From positions 64,081-128,080 of the forward strand of contig JBILQQ010000002.1 in NCBI GenBank assembly GCA_044373115.1: a stretch of DNA of 64,000 bases, read 5' to 3'. Source of the DNA: Flavobacterium sp. (lineage in GTDB: Bacteria; Bacteroidota; Bacteroidia; Flavobacteriales; Flavobacteriaceae). Positions 25,382-35,115 of this stretch are shown here, piece by piece; position 1 is the stretch's first letter; the number at the start of each line of letters is the position of its first letter. Below the pieces are notes generated by a model. It searched no databases and had not been told where the DNA came from. It saw nothing but the letters and a program-made list of their open reading frames with translations. Made by a program: the position numbers and the translations under genes.

Positions 25382-25497
25382 AAACCATAATTGCATTCAT
25401 CGCTGCTTTTTTTGCAGCCAAGAAAACAAAATTTGGTTGCTTTGGAACGGTTATCGTTTTTATAGTAGTGTATTGGTTGGTGAAGAAAATTTTATAA
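25378..25497 (+). CDS. Possible 39-aa hydrophobic peptide (not in the ORF track)
   Basis: Own translation MKTIIAFIAAFFAAKKTKFGCFGTVIVFIVVYWLVKKIL; ATGA overlap with the PCD stop; terminator follows 3 nt later. Confidence 0.3.
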   Translation: MKTIIAFIAAFFAAKKTKFGCFGTVIVFIVVYWLVKKIL

Positions 25498-25499
25498 TT

Positions 25500-25536
25500 A
25501 AAAAAGGAGTTCAAACTATTTTGAACTCCTTTTTTT
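25500..25536. terminator. Bidirectional rho-independent terminator between convergent genes
   Basis: A-run, GGAGTTCAAA-ctat-TTTGAACTCC, T-run. Confidence 0.75.
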
Positions 25537-25550
25537 GTAACACTTCATTA

Positions 25551-27278
25551 CTATTTATCAAGCATCAATTCCTTTATATATTTTACTGGTGCGCTGCCAT
25601 AACTTAAGAATTTTTCATGAAATTTCTTTAAATCAAATTGGTCGCCATCGTTCTTTTTTAACGTTTCTCTAAAGTCGTAAATCTCGGTGTAACCTGTAAA
25701 ATAAGAGCACAATTGTACTTGAGATAAAGTGGCTCTTTTCCATTTACCATCGGCTTCAGCTTGTTGTTGAAAAGCTTCATTGGTTAATAAACTAATTGCT
25801 TCTTCTTTCGACATATTTTTGGTGTGAACGCTGTAATCTAAAATAGTATTACAAGTCGTTCTCAAATTCCATTTGTAATACATCAACCACATTTCGTCAG
25901 AGTTTTTATAACCGCTTTCTAACATCATTCGTTCGGTATAAACTGCCCAACCCTCAACCATTGCTCCGTTTCCTAAAATAGATTTTATAATACTTGGCGA
26001 TTGATTGCTATAAACCAATTGGGTATAATGACCAGGAACCGCTTCGTGAATGTTCAAAATTTGTAAAATATAGTCGTTGTATTCTCTCAAATAACTTTCA
26101 GAACGTTCGGCATCCCAACCTGACATGCTTCCTACATTGTAATATGTATTAGCATTTTTATCATATGGTCCGGGAGAAGAAATAGATGCACCTGCAACAC
26201 CAGCCATATAATCGGGTTCTTTTCGTACTACTAGAGGTTTTGAAGGATCAATATACAGTAAGTTTTTAGTTTTTACATAAGCCGTAAGTTCTGGAATTTG
26301 CTTTTCGATTTCCGATTGAAATTTTTCTGGCGTAGTATGTTGCAACGATATTTTATCAATAACTTGACGAATAACTTGCAATTTATCAGTTGGCTTCGGA
26401 GCTGAACCTAGATATTTTGACCACAATTTATCGGCTAAAACAAACATTTTTTCATGCAAATCTTTCTTGTGATTAATTGCTTTCTGATATATTTCGTCTG
26501 CTGAATAACTTGACTGAATATCAAAATCAAATTTCTTAGCATACAATTCTTTTCCTAATCGGAATGATTTTGGTGTTTTGTTTTCCAGTTTTTGCAACCA
26601 AGTAGCATAACTTTTTATGGCTTCAACCGATTTTTGTGCTTTGTTTAAAATAGCAGTTTTTTCTGTTTCCGATAATTTACTTTGGTTTAAAGAAGCTTTT
26701 AAATCGGATTCAAATACTGAAATACCACCCAAATTCTGGTCAATGGCTAATTGTGTATGTTCAATCGTTGGATTTTTTATGTTCTTTTTTGCAGCTTCAT
26801 AATACGCTGGAATGTTCTTCATTTTAGTTCCGAAATTCTTCAATCGAGTTTCTAAAGTGTCGTAATTTCCATTTAAAATTTCAGCGAAAGCACCACAAAC
26901 ATTATACTCAGAAGGATTCCAAGTGTCAGATTTTAATTCGTTAATAGAAAAAAGAGAACCTTCTGCATAATTTTTAATCATGTAGAAATCCGTTTTATTA
27001 TTATCCGATAAATTGTCTACCGAATAGTTATTTAACGAATCTAAATTGGCTTTAGCAAAATCTACCATTTTTTTTGAATAATCGGCATTTGGTACAACTA
27101 AAACGCTATCATATTTATGAAAACCTACATTTGAAGCCCAACCTGGATTCAACTTCCATAAATTATCTACAAAGGTTTTTTTGTAATTTTCAAAATCGGA
27201 ATCCGTTTTAACACGTTCTTCTTTTTTACAAGAAGCAAATAATATAACAAGACTTAAAGCAAGAATATATTTTTTCAT
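25551..27278 (-). CDS. DUF885 family lipoprotein (metallopeptidase-like)
   Basis: Lipobox LFASCKK; HEAVPGHY motif characteristic of DUF885. Confidence 0.8.
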   Translation of the reverse strand: MKKYILALSLVILFASCKKEERVKTDSDFENYKKTFVDNLWKLNPGWASNVGFHKYDSVLVVPNADYSKKMVDFAKANLDSLNNYSVDNLSDNNKTDFYMIKNYAEGSLFSINELKSDTWNPSEYNVCGAFAEILNGNYDTLETRLKNFGTKMKNIPAYYEAAKKNIKNPTIEHTQLAIDQNLGGISVFESDLKASLNQSKLSETEKTAILNKAQKSVEAIKSYATWLQKLENKTPKSFRLGKELYAKKFDFDIQSSYSADEIYQKAINHKKDLHEKMFVLADKLWSKYLGSAPKPTDKLQVIRQVIDKISLQHTTPEKFQSEIEKQIPELTAYVKTKNLLYIDPSKPLVVRKEPDYMAGVAGASISSPGPYDKNANTYYNVGSMSGWDAERSESYLREYNDYILQILNIHEAVPGHYTQLVYSNQSPSIIKSILGNGAMVEGWAVYTERMMLESGYKNSDEMWLMYYKWNLRTTCNTILDYSVHTKNMSKEEAISLLTNEAFQQQAEADGKWKRATLSQVQLCSYFTGYTEIYDFRETLKKNDGDQFDLKKFHEKFLSYGSAPVKYIKELMLDK

Positions 27279-27289
27279 AAACTATTATT

Positions 27290-27499
27290 TTAAATTAATT
27301 GACGTAATCGAGCTATTTCAGAAGATGGAATTGGATGCTTTTTAAACCAACAACCATTGGCATAATTGAAAAAATCATCAGACGGATTAACGAGAGTATC
27401 CCTATTAGTAACTAATGGGTCTTGAACTGAAGTTCGTATTTTCATACAACATGTCATTATAACAATTGAAAAAAGTAATATTTTTAGATAAATTTTCAT
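27290..27499 (-). pseudogene. N-terminal remnant of an M13 (PepO/neprilysin-like) peptidase
   Basis: 69 aa; VNPSDDFFNYANGCWFKKHPIPSSEIAR matches the conserved N-terminal block of M13 peptidases, which are normally about 650-700 aa; no catalytic region follows. Confidence 0.5.
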
Positions 27500-27511
27500 G
27501 CTTTTTATATT

Positions 27512-29488
27512 CTAATAATTTAATAACTCTTTTAAAGCTGTTTCGAATCTATTTTTTGGTAAATAATTATCTTCTAACGATTTAACAAACGGAATTGGGC
27601 TTTCAATACTTCCTAAACGCTTAACAGGTGCGTCAAGATATTGAAAGCAATGTTCCATTATCATCGCAGAAATGTCGCTTGCAATACCGCCAAACAAGGT
27701 ATCTTCTTGTAAAATAATACAACGATTTGTTTTCTTTACTGAATTAAAAATTGCCTCAGTATCAAGCGGTTGCAACGAGCGTAAATCAATCAAATCAGCT
27801 TTTATTGTTGGATTAGCTTCTAATGTTTCTAAAGCCCAATGCACGCCCGCTCCAAAAGTTACAATTGTGACATCATTACCTTCTTTCAATAAAGAGGCTT
27901 TGCCAATTGGAAGGGTGTAATAATCTATTGGAACTTCCTGATAAACAGACCTGTATAATTGTTTGTGTTCAAAAAACAAAACAGGATTCGGGTCGTTTAT
28001 GGCTTCGTTTAAAAGTCCTTTTACATCATAAGGAAATGCAGGATAAACTACTTTTAACCCGGGAGTTTTGGTAAACCAAGCTTCATTTGTTTGTGAATGA
28101 AAAGGTCCTGCTTGGGTACCACCACCACAAGGCATTCGTACCACAACATCGGCTTTTTCGCCCCAGCGATAATGTTGTTTTGCTAATAAATTTACAATTG
28201 GGTTGAATCCAGACGAAACAAAATCGGCAAATTGCATTTCAACAATTGCTTTGTGTCCGTTTATTGAAAGCCCCATTGCGGCAGAAACCACGGCACTTTC
28301 GCAAATGGGTGTATTTCGAATTTTATCCTTTCCAAATAAGTCAACAAAACCTTCTGTGATTTTGAATGCGCCACCATATTCGGCTACATCTTGTCCCATT
28401 AAAACTAAATTAGAATGACGTTCAAAAGATTGTTTTAAACTAGTTGAAATGGCATCAATAAATCTGATTTTTTCAGTGGTATCATTTGACTTAACTTCTT
28501 GATAGCTATACGATTGATACACATCATTTAATTCGTCAGTTATGGATGAATTAATTTCTTCGTCGGCTATGGTTAACGCCCAATTATCGTCTATTTCAGT
28601 TTTTATTTCAGATATTAATTGCTCATTCAAATCATCAAATAAAACTCCAATTTTGATTAGGTATTTTTTGAAATTAGAAATTGGATCTTTTTCTGCCCAC
28701 ATATCCATCAGCTCTTGCGGCACATATTTGGTGCCACTTGCCTCTTCGTGTCCACGCATTCGGAAGGTTTTAAATTCTAACAAAATAGGACGCGGATTTT
28801 CAATCATTGAACTTTTAAGTTCTTTAATTTTTATATAAACATCTAAAATATTATTTCCATCAATAATATGACTTTCCATACCGTATCCGATGCCTTTGTC
28901 GGCTAAATTTTGGCATCTATATTGCTCATTTGTAGGAGTTGACAATCCGTATCCATTATTTTCAATTACAAACAAAACGGGCAAATCCCAAACGGAAGCA
29001 ATGTTTAAAGCCTCATGAAAATCACCCTCAGATGTGGCACCTTCGCCAGTAAAAACAGCCGTTATTTTACCATTTTTCTTTAGTTTATTTGCTAAGGCGA
29101 TACCATCTGCAACACCCATTTGGGGTCCTAAATGAGATATCATTCCAATAATATTGTATTCTTGGGTTCCAAAATGAAAACTTCGATCTCGACCTTTTGT
29201 AAAGCCTGATTTTTTGCCTTGCCACTGCGAAAACAAGCGATATAATGGGATGTTTCGACTTGTGAAAACACCTAAATTCCTATGCATTGGCAAAATGTAT
29301 TCATCAAAATCTAAAGCTGCTGTAATACCAACAGAAATGGCTTCTTGACCTATGCCTGAAAACCACTTGGAAATTTTTCCTTGACGAAGTAGAATCAACA
29401 TTTTTTCTTCTATCATTCTAGGTTTAAGCAATTTTTTGTATAATTCTAAAAGTTGGATGTTCGATAAATCTTTTCTATCAAAAGTCAT
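27512..29488 (-). CDS. Fused alpha/beta E1 component of a 2-oxoacid (branched-chain type) dehydrogenase, TPP-dependent
   Basis: 658 aa; alpha part [15 protein letters not shown]...IENNGYG, beta part [15 protein letters not shown]...VEMQFADF. Confidence 0.9.
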   Translation of the reverse strand: MTFDRKDLSNIQLLELYKKLLKPRMIEEKMLILLRQGKISKWFSGIGQEAISVGITAALDFDEYILPMHRNLGVFTSRNIPLYRLFSQWQGKKSGFTKGRDRSFHFGTQEYNIIGMISHLGPQMGVADGIALANKLKKNGKITAVFTGEGATSEGDFHEALNIASVWDLPVLFVIENNGYGLSTPTNEQYRCQNLADKGIGYGMESHIIDGNNILDVYIKIKELKSSMIENPRPILLEFKTFRMRGHEEASGTKYVPQELMDMWAEKDPISNFKKYLIKIGVLFDDLNEQLISEIKTEIDDNWALTIADEEINSSITDELNDVYQSYSYQEVKSNDTTEKIRFIDAISTSLKQSFERHSNLVLMGQDVAEYGGAFKITEGFVDLFGKDKIRNTPICESAVVSAAMGLSINGHKAIVEMQFADFVSSGFNPIVNLLAKQHYRWGEKADVVVRMPCGGGTQAGPFHSQTNEAWFTKTPGLKVVYPAFPYDVKGLLNEAINDPNPVLFFEHKQLYRSVYQEVPIDYYTLPIGKASLLKEGNDVTIVTFGAGVHWALETLEANPTIKADLIDLRSLQPLDTEAIFNSVKKTNRCIILQEDTLFGGIASDISAMIMEHCFQYLDAPVKRLGSIESPIPFVKSLEDNYLPKNRFETALKELLNY

Positions 29489-29615
29489 AATGCCTATTTT
29501 TTTTTTACAAAAGTATAAAATTGATATGTTAAAACTAGCAACTATAACGTTTTATTATATTTTAATTATGTTGAAAATTCTTCATTAGCTTCTTCTTGTT
29601 TTAATTAAAAAACAA

Positions 29616-29623
29616 TACTTTTG
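29616..29623 (+). promoter_or_regulatory. Candidate -7 promoter box (TAnnTTTG)
   Basis: TACTTTTG 58 nt upstream of the ATG at 29681, with TTG at 29596-29598 (17-nt spacer). Confidence 0.3.
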
Positions 29624-29680
29624 TAGGTATTGAGTTATACTATTTTATAGTAAACAATTAATTTTAAAAAAAGTTTTAGT

Positions 29681-30634
29681 ATGCAACAAATTCCAAGTGT
29701 TGACTTACGTGATTTCCTGTCGGAAGATCCGGCACGTAAACAAAAATTTGTAAATGAAATCGGAAAAGCTTATGAAGAAATAGGCTTTGTAGCATTAAAA
29801 GGTCATTTTTTGGATGACGAATTAGTTGAAAATTTGTATAGAGAAGTAAGAAATTTTTTTTCGCTACCACTTGAAGTAAAGTCTAAGTATGAAATTCCTG
29901 GCATTGGAGGACAAAGAGGCTATGTTTCTTTTGGAAAAGAGCATGCAAAAGGCAGGTCGGCTGGCGATTTGAAAGAGTTTTGGCATTTTGGACAATATGT
30001 GAGTGCTGATTCAATATATGCTTCGGAATATCCTGAAAACGTAATTGTAAATGAATTAGAAAATTTTAATTCAACAGGCAAGAAAGCCTATCAAATGCTT
30101 GAAAAAACAGGTATTTATGTATTACGAGCTTTGTCATTGCACATTGGATTAGATGAATTTTATTTTGATAAATATATTGAAAACGGAAATAGCATTTTAA
30201 GACCCATTCATTACCCTCCAATCACCGATGAGCCTAAAGATGGCGCAGTACGAGCGGCTGCTCATGGCGATATTAATTTGATTACCCTTTTAATGGGTGC
30301 TCAGGGTAAAGGGTTGCAAGTGCAAAATCATGATGGCGAATGGATTGATGCTATGGCGCAGCCCGACGAATTGATGATAAATGTGGGCGATATGCTTTCT
30401 CGTTATACCAATAATAAGTTGAAATCGACTATACATCAAGTAGTTAACCCACCTAGAGAATTGTGGGGGACATCAAGATATTCGATACCGTTTTTTATGC
30501 ATCCAATAAGTGCAATGCCTTTAAATTGCTTGTCGCAATGTATTGATGAAAACAATCCAAAGCAATTTGAGGATATTACTGCAGGCGATTATTTGAACGA
30601 ACGATTGGTTGAATTAGGTTTAATAAAAAAATAA
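29681..30634 (+). CDS. 2OG-Fe(II) oxygenase (isopenicillin N synthase family)
   Basis: 317 aa; HYPP...AAHGDINLITLL...H.V motif pattern (His-x-Asp...His). Confidence 0.85.
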   Translation: MQQIPSVDLRDFLSEDPARKQKFVNEIGKAYEEIGFVALKGHFLDDELVENLYREVRNFFSLPLEVKSKYEIPGIGGQRGYVSFGKEHAKGRSAGDLKEFWHFGQYVSADSIYASEYPENVIVNELENFNSTGKKAYQMLEKTGIYVLRALSLHIGLDEFYFDKYIENGNSILRPIHYPPITDEPKDGAVRAAAHGDINLITLLMGAQGKGLQVQNHDGEWIDAMAQPDELMINVGDMLSRYTNNKLKSTIHQVVNPPRELWGTSRYSIPFFMHPISAMPLNCLSQCIDENNPKQFEDITAGDYLNERLVELGLIKK

Positions 30635-30636
30635 AA

Positions 30637-30969
30637 ATGGATTTTAAAGACCAATTAAAAAACCTATTTCCCGATCATGTTCCGTTGGATGAACCAGCTG
30701 AAATTGAAAACATTTCACATGAATTGTTTGTTCAAAAAGAACCCATGATTTGTAAATATGAAAAACGGAAAGGAAAACCAACAACGATAATTTCTGGTTA
30801 TGAAGGAGTTGACGAAGATTTTAAAATTTTAGCTAAAGAAATTAAGAACAAATTAGCTGTAGGCGGTACTTTCAAAGACGGAGAAATCATTATTCAAGGC
30901 GATTTTAGAGATAAAATAATGACCATTTTGCAAGAAAAAGGTTTTAAAACTAAACGAGTTGGAGGATAA
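30637..30969 (+). CDS. SUI1/YciH family translation initiation factor
   Basis: 110 aa; RKGKPTTIISG...LAKEIKNKLAVGGTFKDGEIIIQGD. Confidence 0.85.
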   Translation: MDFKDQLKNLFPDHVPLDEPAEIENISHELFVQKEPMICKYEKRKGKPTTIISGYEGVDEDFKILAKEIKNKLAVGGTFKDGEIIIQGDFRDKIMTILQEKGFKTKRVGG

Positions 30970-30973
30970 ATTT

Positions 30974-31015
30974 GTTTCAAGTTTCAAGTTCAAAGTTAAG
31001 AACCTGAAACCTGAC
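30974..31015. repeat. Heptad word repeat / imperfect hairpin (GTTTCAA GTTTCAA GTTCAAA ... CCTGAAA CCTGA)
   Basis: TCAAGTTTCAAG (30977-30988) pairs with CCTGAAACCTGA (31003-31014) at 10 of 12 positions. Confidence 0.5.
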
Positions 31016-31064
31016 CCGAGGTGAATCCGAACAGAGCGAAGCTAAACTTTAAACTAAAAAACAA

Positions 31065-31931
31065 ATGATTCAATCATCAGAATTAATATTAAACCCCGAC
31101 GGCAGTGTTTATCATTTAAACATTAAACCAGAAAATTTGGCTTCGGACATTATATTTGTTGGCGATCCGGATAGGGTTGAAAAAATTACAAAATGGTTTG
31201 ATAGCATTGAATTTACATCCCACAAAAGAGAATTTAATATTCAAACAGGGATTTATAAAGGCAAGCGAATTACTGTAATTTCAACAGGAATTGGGCCTGA
31301 TAATATTGATATAGTAATGAACGAATTGGATGCGTTGGTCAATATTGATTTAAAAACCAGAACAATTAAACCTGAACTAACCAGTTTAAATATTGTACGA
31401 ATTGGAACTTCGGGCGCTTTACAACCTGAAATTGAAGTTAATAATTGGGTGATGAGTAAGTATGCAATTGGTTTGGACAACATGCTTCGCTCCTACTTAG
31501 TTGATGATTTTTCAAATATTGAAATGGAAAATGCGTTTATTTCGCAAACCAATTGGGACGCACGAAAAGGTCGTCCGTATGTAGTTTCTAGTAGTGATAT
31601 TTTAGCTGAAAAATTTGAAAGTGAAGCATTTATAAAAGGATGTACAGGTACTTCTGGAGGGTTTTATGGCCCACAAGGACGCGTATTAAGATTACCAATT
31701 CAAGATCCTGAATTAAATTCTAAAATGGATCAATTTGAGTATAATGGCATTAAAATGACCAATTTAGAAATGGAAACGGCCGCTATTTATGGTTTAGGAA
31801 AATTAATGGGGCACGAATGTTTATCATTAAATGCAATTATCGCCAACCGTGCAACGGGTACTTTCAGTGAAGACCCTTTAAAGTCTGTAGATGAGCTAAT
31901 TGAGTATGTGTTAAATAAAATTATTATTTAA
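31065..31931 (+). CDS. Nucleoside phosphorylase (PNP/UDP family 1)
   Basis: 288 aa; ITVISTGIGPDNIDIVMNEL, RIGTSGAL, NLEMETAAIYGL. Confidence 0.8.
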   Translation: MIQSSELILNPDGSVYHLNIKPENLASDIIFVGDPDRVEKITKWFDSIEFTSHKREFNIQTGIYKGKRITVISTGIGPDNIDIVMNELDALVNIDLKTRTIKPELTSLNIVRIGTSGALQPEIEVNNWVMSKYAIGLDNMLRSYLVDDFSNIEMENAFISQTNWDARKGRPYVVSSSDILAEKFESEAFIKGCTGTSGGFYGPQGRVLRLPIQDPELNSKMDQFEYNGIKMTNLEMETAAIYGLGKLMGHECLSLNAIIANRATGTFSEDPLKSVDELIEYVLNKIII

Positions 31932-31960
31932 TAAATTAATTTTGATTTATTATAACTTTT

Positions 31961-32494
31961 ATGAACTTACAATTAGAAACTCCTCGCCTACTTCTTCGTC
32001 CCTTTCAATTAACTGATGCAGAAGAATTATTTGAAATGGACAAAAATCCAAATGTTCATACTTATTTATGGCAAAAGCCAATTTTAGATATTAAGGAAGT
32101 TTATTCCTATATCGAAATGGTTCAGAAACAATATGTTGAAAATAAAATTGGTCGATTTTCAACCATTTTAAAAGAAACTGGCGAACTAATTGGTTGGACA
32201 GGCATCAAATTTGTAAACGATCATGTTGAAAACGGAAACACCAATTTTTACGATTATGGATATCGACTAAACGAAAAATTTTGGAACAAAGGTTATGCTT
32301 CTGAAGCAACAAAAGTTTGGTTGGATTATGGTTTTAATCAAATGAAAATCAATGAAATAAATGCTTATACACATGCCCAAAACGGAGCTTCTAACAAGGT
32401 TTTAGAAAAAAACGGAATGCAATTTATGCAGGATTATCCTGATAAAGAGGGCGTGATTTGGAAATGGTGGCAACTCAAGAATAACAATTTATAA
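31961..32494 (+). CDS. GNAT family N-acetyltransferase (RimJ/RimL-like)
   Basis: 177 aa; LETPRLLLRPF start, WNKGYASEA, ENGASNKVLEKNGM. Confidence 0.8.
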   Translation: MNLQLETPRLLLRPFQLTDAEELFEMDKNPNVHTYLWQKPILDIKEVYSYIEMVQKQYVENKIGRFSTILKETGELIGWTGIKFVNDHVENGNTNFYDYGYRLNEKFWNKGYASEATKVWLDYGFNQMKINEINAYTHAQNGASNKVLEKNGMQFMQDYPDKEGVIWKWWQLKNNNL

Positions 32495-32495
32495 A

Positions 32496-33347
32496 ATGAA
32501 AAAAGTCAGAATTGCAGGCGTTCCCGAACATTTCAACCTTCCGTGGCATTTGTGTATAGAGAATAACGAATTTGAGTCGGTTGATATTGACTTAGATTGG
32601 ATAAATGTTCCTGAAGGCACAGGCAAAATGTGCCAAATGTTACGAAATGACGAAACTGATATAGCAGTTATATTAACCGAAGGAATTGTAAAAGATATTA
32701 GTGCCGGTAATCCTTCAAAAATTGTTCAGATATATGTAGAAAGTCCATTAATATGGGGGATTCATGTTGGATTTAATTCTAAATTCGATACATTAGCAGA
32801 TCTTAAAAATAAAAAAGTTGCCATTTCACGCTATGGATCGGGTTCACAATTAATGGCTTATGTAAATGCTGATAATCAAAATTGGAATGCTGAAACACTT
32901 GATTTTGAAATAGTTAATACAATTGACGGTGCCGTTGATGCCTTAACAAATGGTACAGCTGATTATTTTATGTGGGAACGATTGATGACAAAACCATTAG
33001 TTGATCAAGGTATATTTAGGAAAATTGCTGATTGTCCAACACCTTGGCCGTGTTTTGTAATTGCAGTCAGAGAGGCTTTTTTAATTGAAAACCCATCTAT
33101 TGTATCACAAATACTTGAAATAATTAATAAAAAATCACGAATTTTTAAACAAATTCCAGGTATTGAAAATAAAATAGCAGATAAATACCATCTCAAAATA
33201 GAAGATTGCAAAGAGTGGTTAAAAGAAACGATTTGGTCACAAAACCAAATTTCTGAAAACGAACTAATGTCCATTCAAAATAAATTAGTACAACTTAAAA
33301 TCATTGACAAAACAGTTAGTTTTACAGAAATTACAACCAAAATTTAG
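32496..33347 (+). CDS. NMT1/THI5-like periplasmic-binding-fold protein without signal peptide
   Basis: 283 aa; VRIAGVPEHFNLPW N-terminus; weak recognition only. Confidence 0.45.
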   Translation: MKKVRIAGVPEHFNLPWHLCIENNEFESVDIDLDWINVPEGTGKMCQMLRNDETDIAVILTEGIVKDISAGNPSKIVQIYVESPLIWGIHVGFNSKFDTLADLKNKKVAISRYGSGSQLMAYVNADNQNWNAETLDFEIVNTIDGAVDALTNGTADYFMWERLMTKPLVDQGIFRKIADCPTPWPCFVIAVREAFLIENPSIVSQILEIINKKSRIFKQIPGIENKIADKYHLKIEDCKEWLKETIWSQNQISENELMSIQNKLVQLKIIDKTVSFTEITTKI

Positions 33348-33362
33348 ATTTTATATTAACTA

Positions 33363-34295
33363 ATGAAATTAAGCCAAATAGATATTAAAAGTTTAGATGA
33401 TCGATTCACGGTAAAAAAACCATGGGATATGATTATTTTGTTTTTAATAGCTGTATTGCTTACAATTCCAACTTTTATCATTGCACATCAAAATTTAGTT
33501 AACTTAAATTTGAAGTTTCATGTAGATCGCATTATTTTATTCGTTTTTATATTATTTATTTTTTCATTTTTATTAATAAAACTAAGAAGGTTAACCTTAC
33601 TTTCAGTTTTTGGCTATTTATTATTACTCTTTTACGGAACTATTTTTGGGGAATACGGATTTACAGCAGTTTTTAACGACTACAAATCCATGTTGTATTC
33701 CATGTACAACAATCCATTTCCGCAAGATATTATTTTAAAAAAATTATTACCTTTTCCTAATAAATCGAAGGTTGAAAATTCAATTGATTTCCAAAGCCCT
33801 AAAGTTCGAAATTTTGCTCTGATGGCTACGTCTAAAAATTTTAAAAATATCAAAGGATATGATGAATACAGAACTATAATTCAATCATTTGCCGTTTTTA
33901 AAGAAATAAATTCAAATTGGAATTATGTACATGATCCAAAAAACGAAGATTATATTGCAAGCGCTTCTGAATCAATTAATTACCTATCTGGTGATTGCGA
34001 TGATCATTCCATTTTGATGGCTGCAAGTATAAAATCAATTGGAGGAACGGCTCGGCTTATTCATACAGATGGTCACATTTACCCTGAAATATTGATTGGA
34101 AACGCCTCCGATTTAGAAACAATAAATTACTTAATAAAAAAAGAATTATTCCCTTTTGAAAGTAAAAATCAATTTATAAATTACCACGTTGATGATCGTA
34201 ATCAAATCTGGATAAATTTGGATTATACAGCAAAATATCCGGGAGGCCCTTTTATGTCCGAAGAAATTTTAGGAATTCTAAATTTGGAATTCTAA
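33363..34295 (+). CDS. Membrane-anchored transglutaminase-like cysteine protease domain protein
   Basis: Three N-terminal TM segments; GDCDDHS ... H ... D core. Confidence 0.7.
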   Translation: MKLSQIDIKSLDDRFTVKKPWDMIILFLIAVLLTIPTFIIAHQNLVNLNLKFHVDRIILFVFILFIFSFLLIKLRRLTLLSVFGYLLLLFYGTIFGEYGFTAVFNDYKSMLYSMYNNPFPQDIILKKLLPFPNKSKVENSIDFQSPKVRNFALMATSKNFKNIKGYDEYRTIIQSFAVFKEINSNWNYVHDPKNEDYIASASESINYLSGDCDDHSILMAASIKSIGGTARLIHTDGHIYPEILIGNASDLETINYLIKKELFPFESKNQFINYHVDDRNQIWINLDYTAKYPGGPFMSEEILGILNLEF

Positions 34296-34335
34296 ACGAT
34301 TAGACAATCATTTAATGTTGAAGAGGATAAAAAAA

Positions 34336-35004
34336 TCACCATTCAATTGGTTTTTCACCTATTGAAAGTAAATATTCATTTGTTTTGCTAAAGTGCTTAT
34401 TACCAAACCATTTACCTTGATTTGCACTCAGTGGTGACGGGTGACCTGATGTTAAAACTAAATGTTTATTAGTATCAATATTTTTCCCTTTTTTTATGGC
34501 AAATGCTCCCCAAAGCAAAAAAACAACATGTACTTTTTGATCAGAAATGATTTTAATCACCTGATCAGTAAAAACTTCCCAACCCAACTTTTGATGGCTT
34601 CCTGCTTTGTTTTGTTCAACTGTTAAAGTAGAGTTTAACAATAAAACGCCTTGATTTGCCCAATGAGATAAATTTCCACTTGAAGGATAAAAAACTGAGT
34701 CAAAATTAGAGTTAATTTCTCTGAAAATATTTCGTAACGAGGGTGGAATTTTTACACCATCATTTACAGAAAAGCACATTCCATTAGCTTCATTTTCACC
34801 ATGATATGGGTCTTGACCAATAATTACAACCTTAGTTTTTTCAAAACTACAATTGGCAAAAGCAGAAAAAATAAGTTCTTTTGGTGGGTAGCATTGTTTT
34901 GTTACATACTCTTTTTCAACATTAGAAACTAAATTTTTAAAATACTCTTTTTCAAATTCACTACCAATAACAGCTCTCCACGATTCAGAAATTTGATTTA
35001 ACAT
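34336..35004 (-). CDS. ung: Uracil-DNA glycosylase
   Basis: GQDPYHG, GVLLLNS, HPSPLSA. Confidence 0.95.
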   Translation of the reverse strand: MLNQISESWRAVIGSEFEKEYFKNLVSNVEKEYVTKQCYPPKELIFSAFANCSFEKTKVVIIGQDPYHGENEANGMCFSVNDGVKIPPSLRNIFREINSNFDSVFYPSSGNLSHWANQGVLLLNSTLTVEQNKAGSHQKLGWEVFTDQVIKIISDQKVHVVFLLWGAFAIKKGKNIDTNKHLVLTSGHPSPLSANQGKWFGNKHFSKTNEYLLSIGEKPIEW

Positions 35005-35059
35005 ATCATAAATTTTATCAAAAATAGAAAATAATAATCAAATTGGAACGATTAGTTTG

Positions 35060-35067
35060 TAACTTTG
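35060..35067 (+). promoter_or_regulatory. Candidate -7 promoter box (TAnnTTTG)
   Basis: TAACTTTG 49 nt upstream of the mutS2 ATG. Confidence 0.25.
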
Positions 35068-35115
35068 ACTATTCAAAAATTAAATTTTTAAAATAAATAT
35101 CTTTTTACAAATTAA

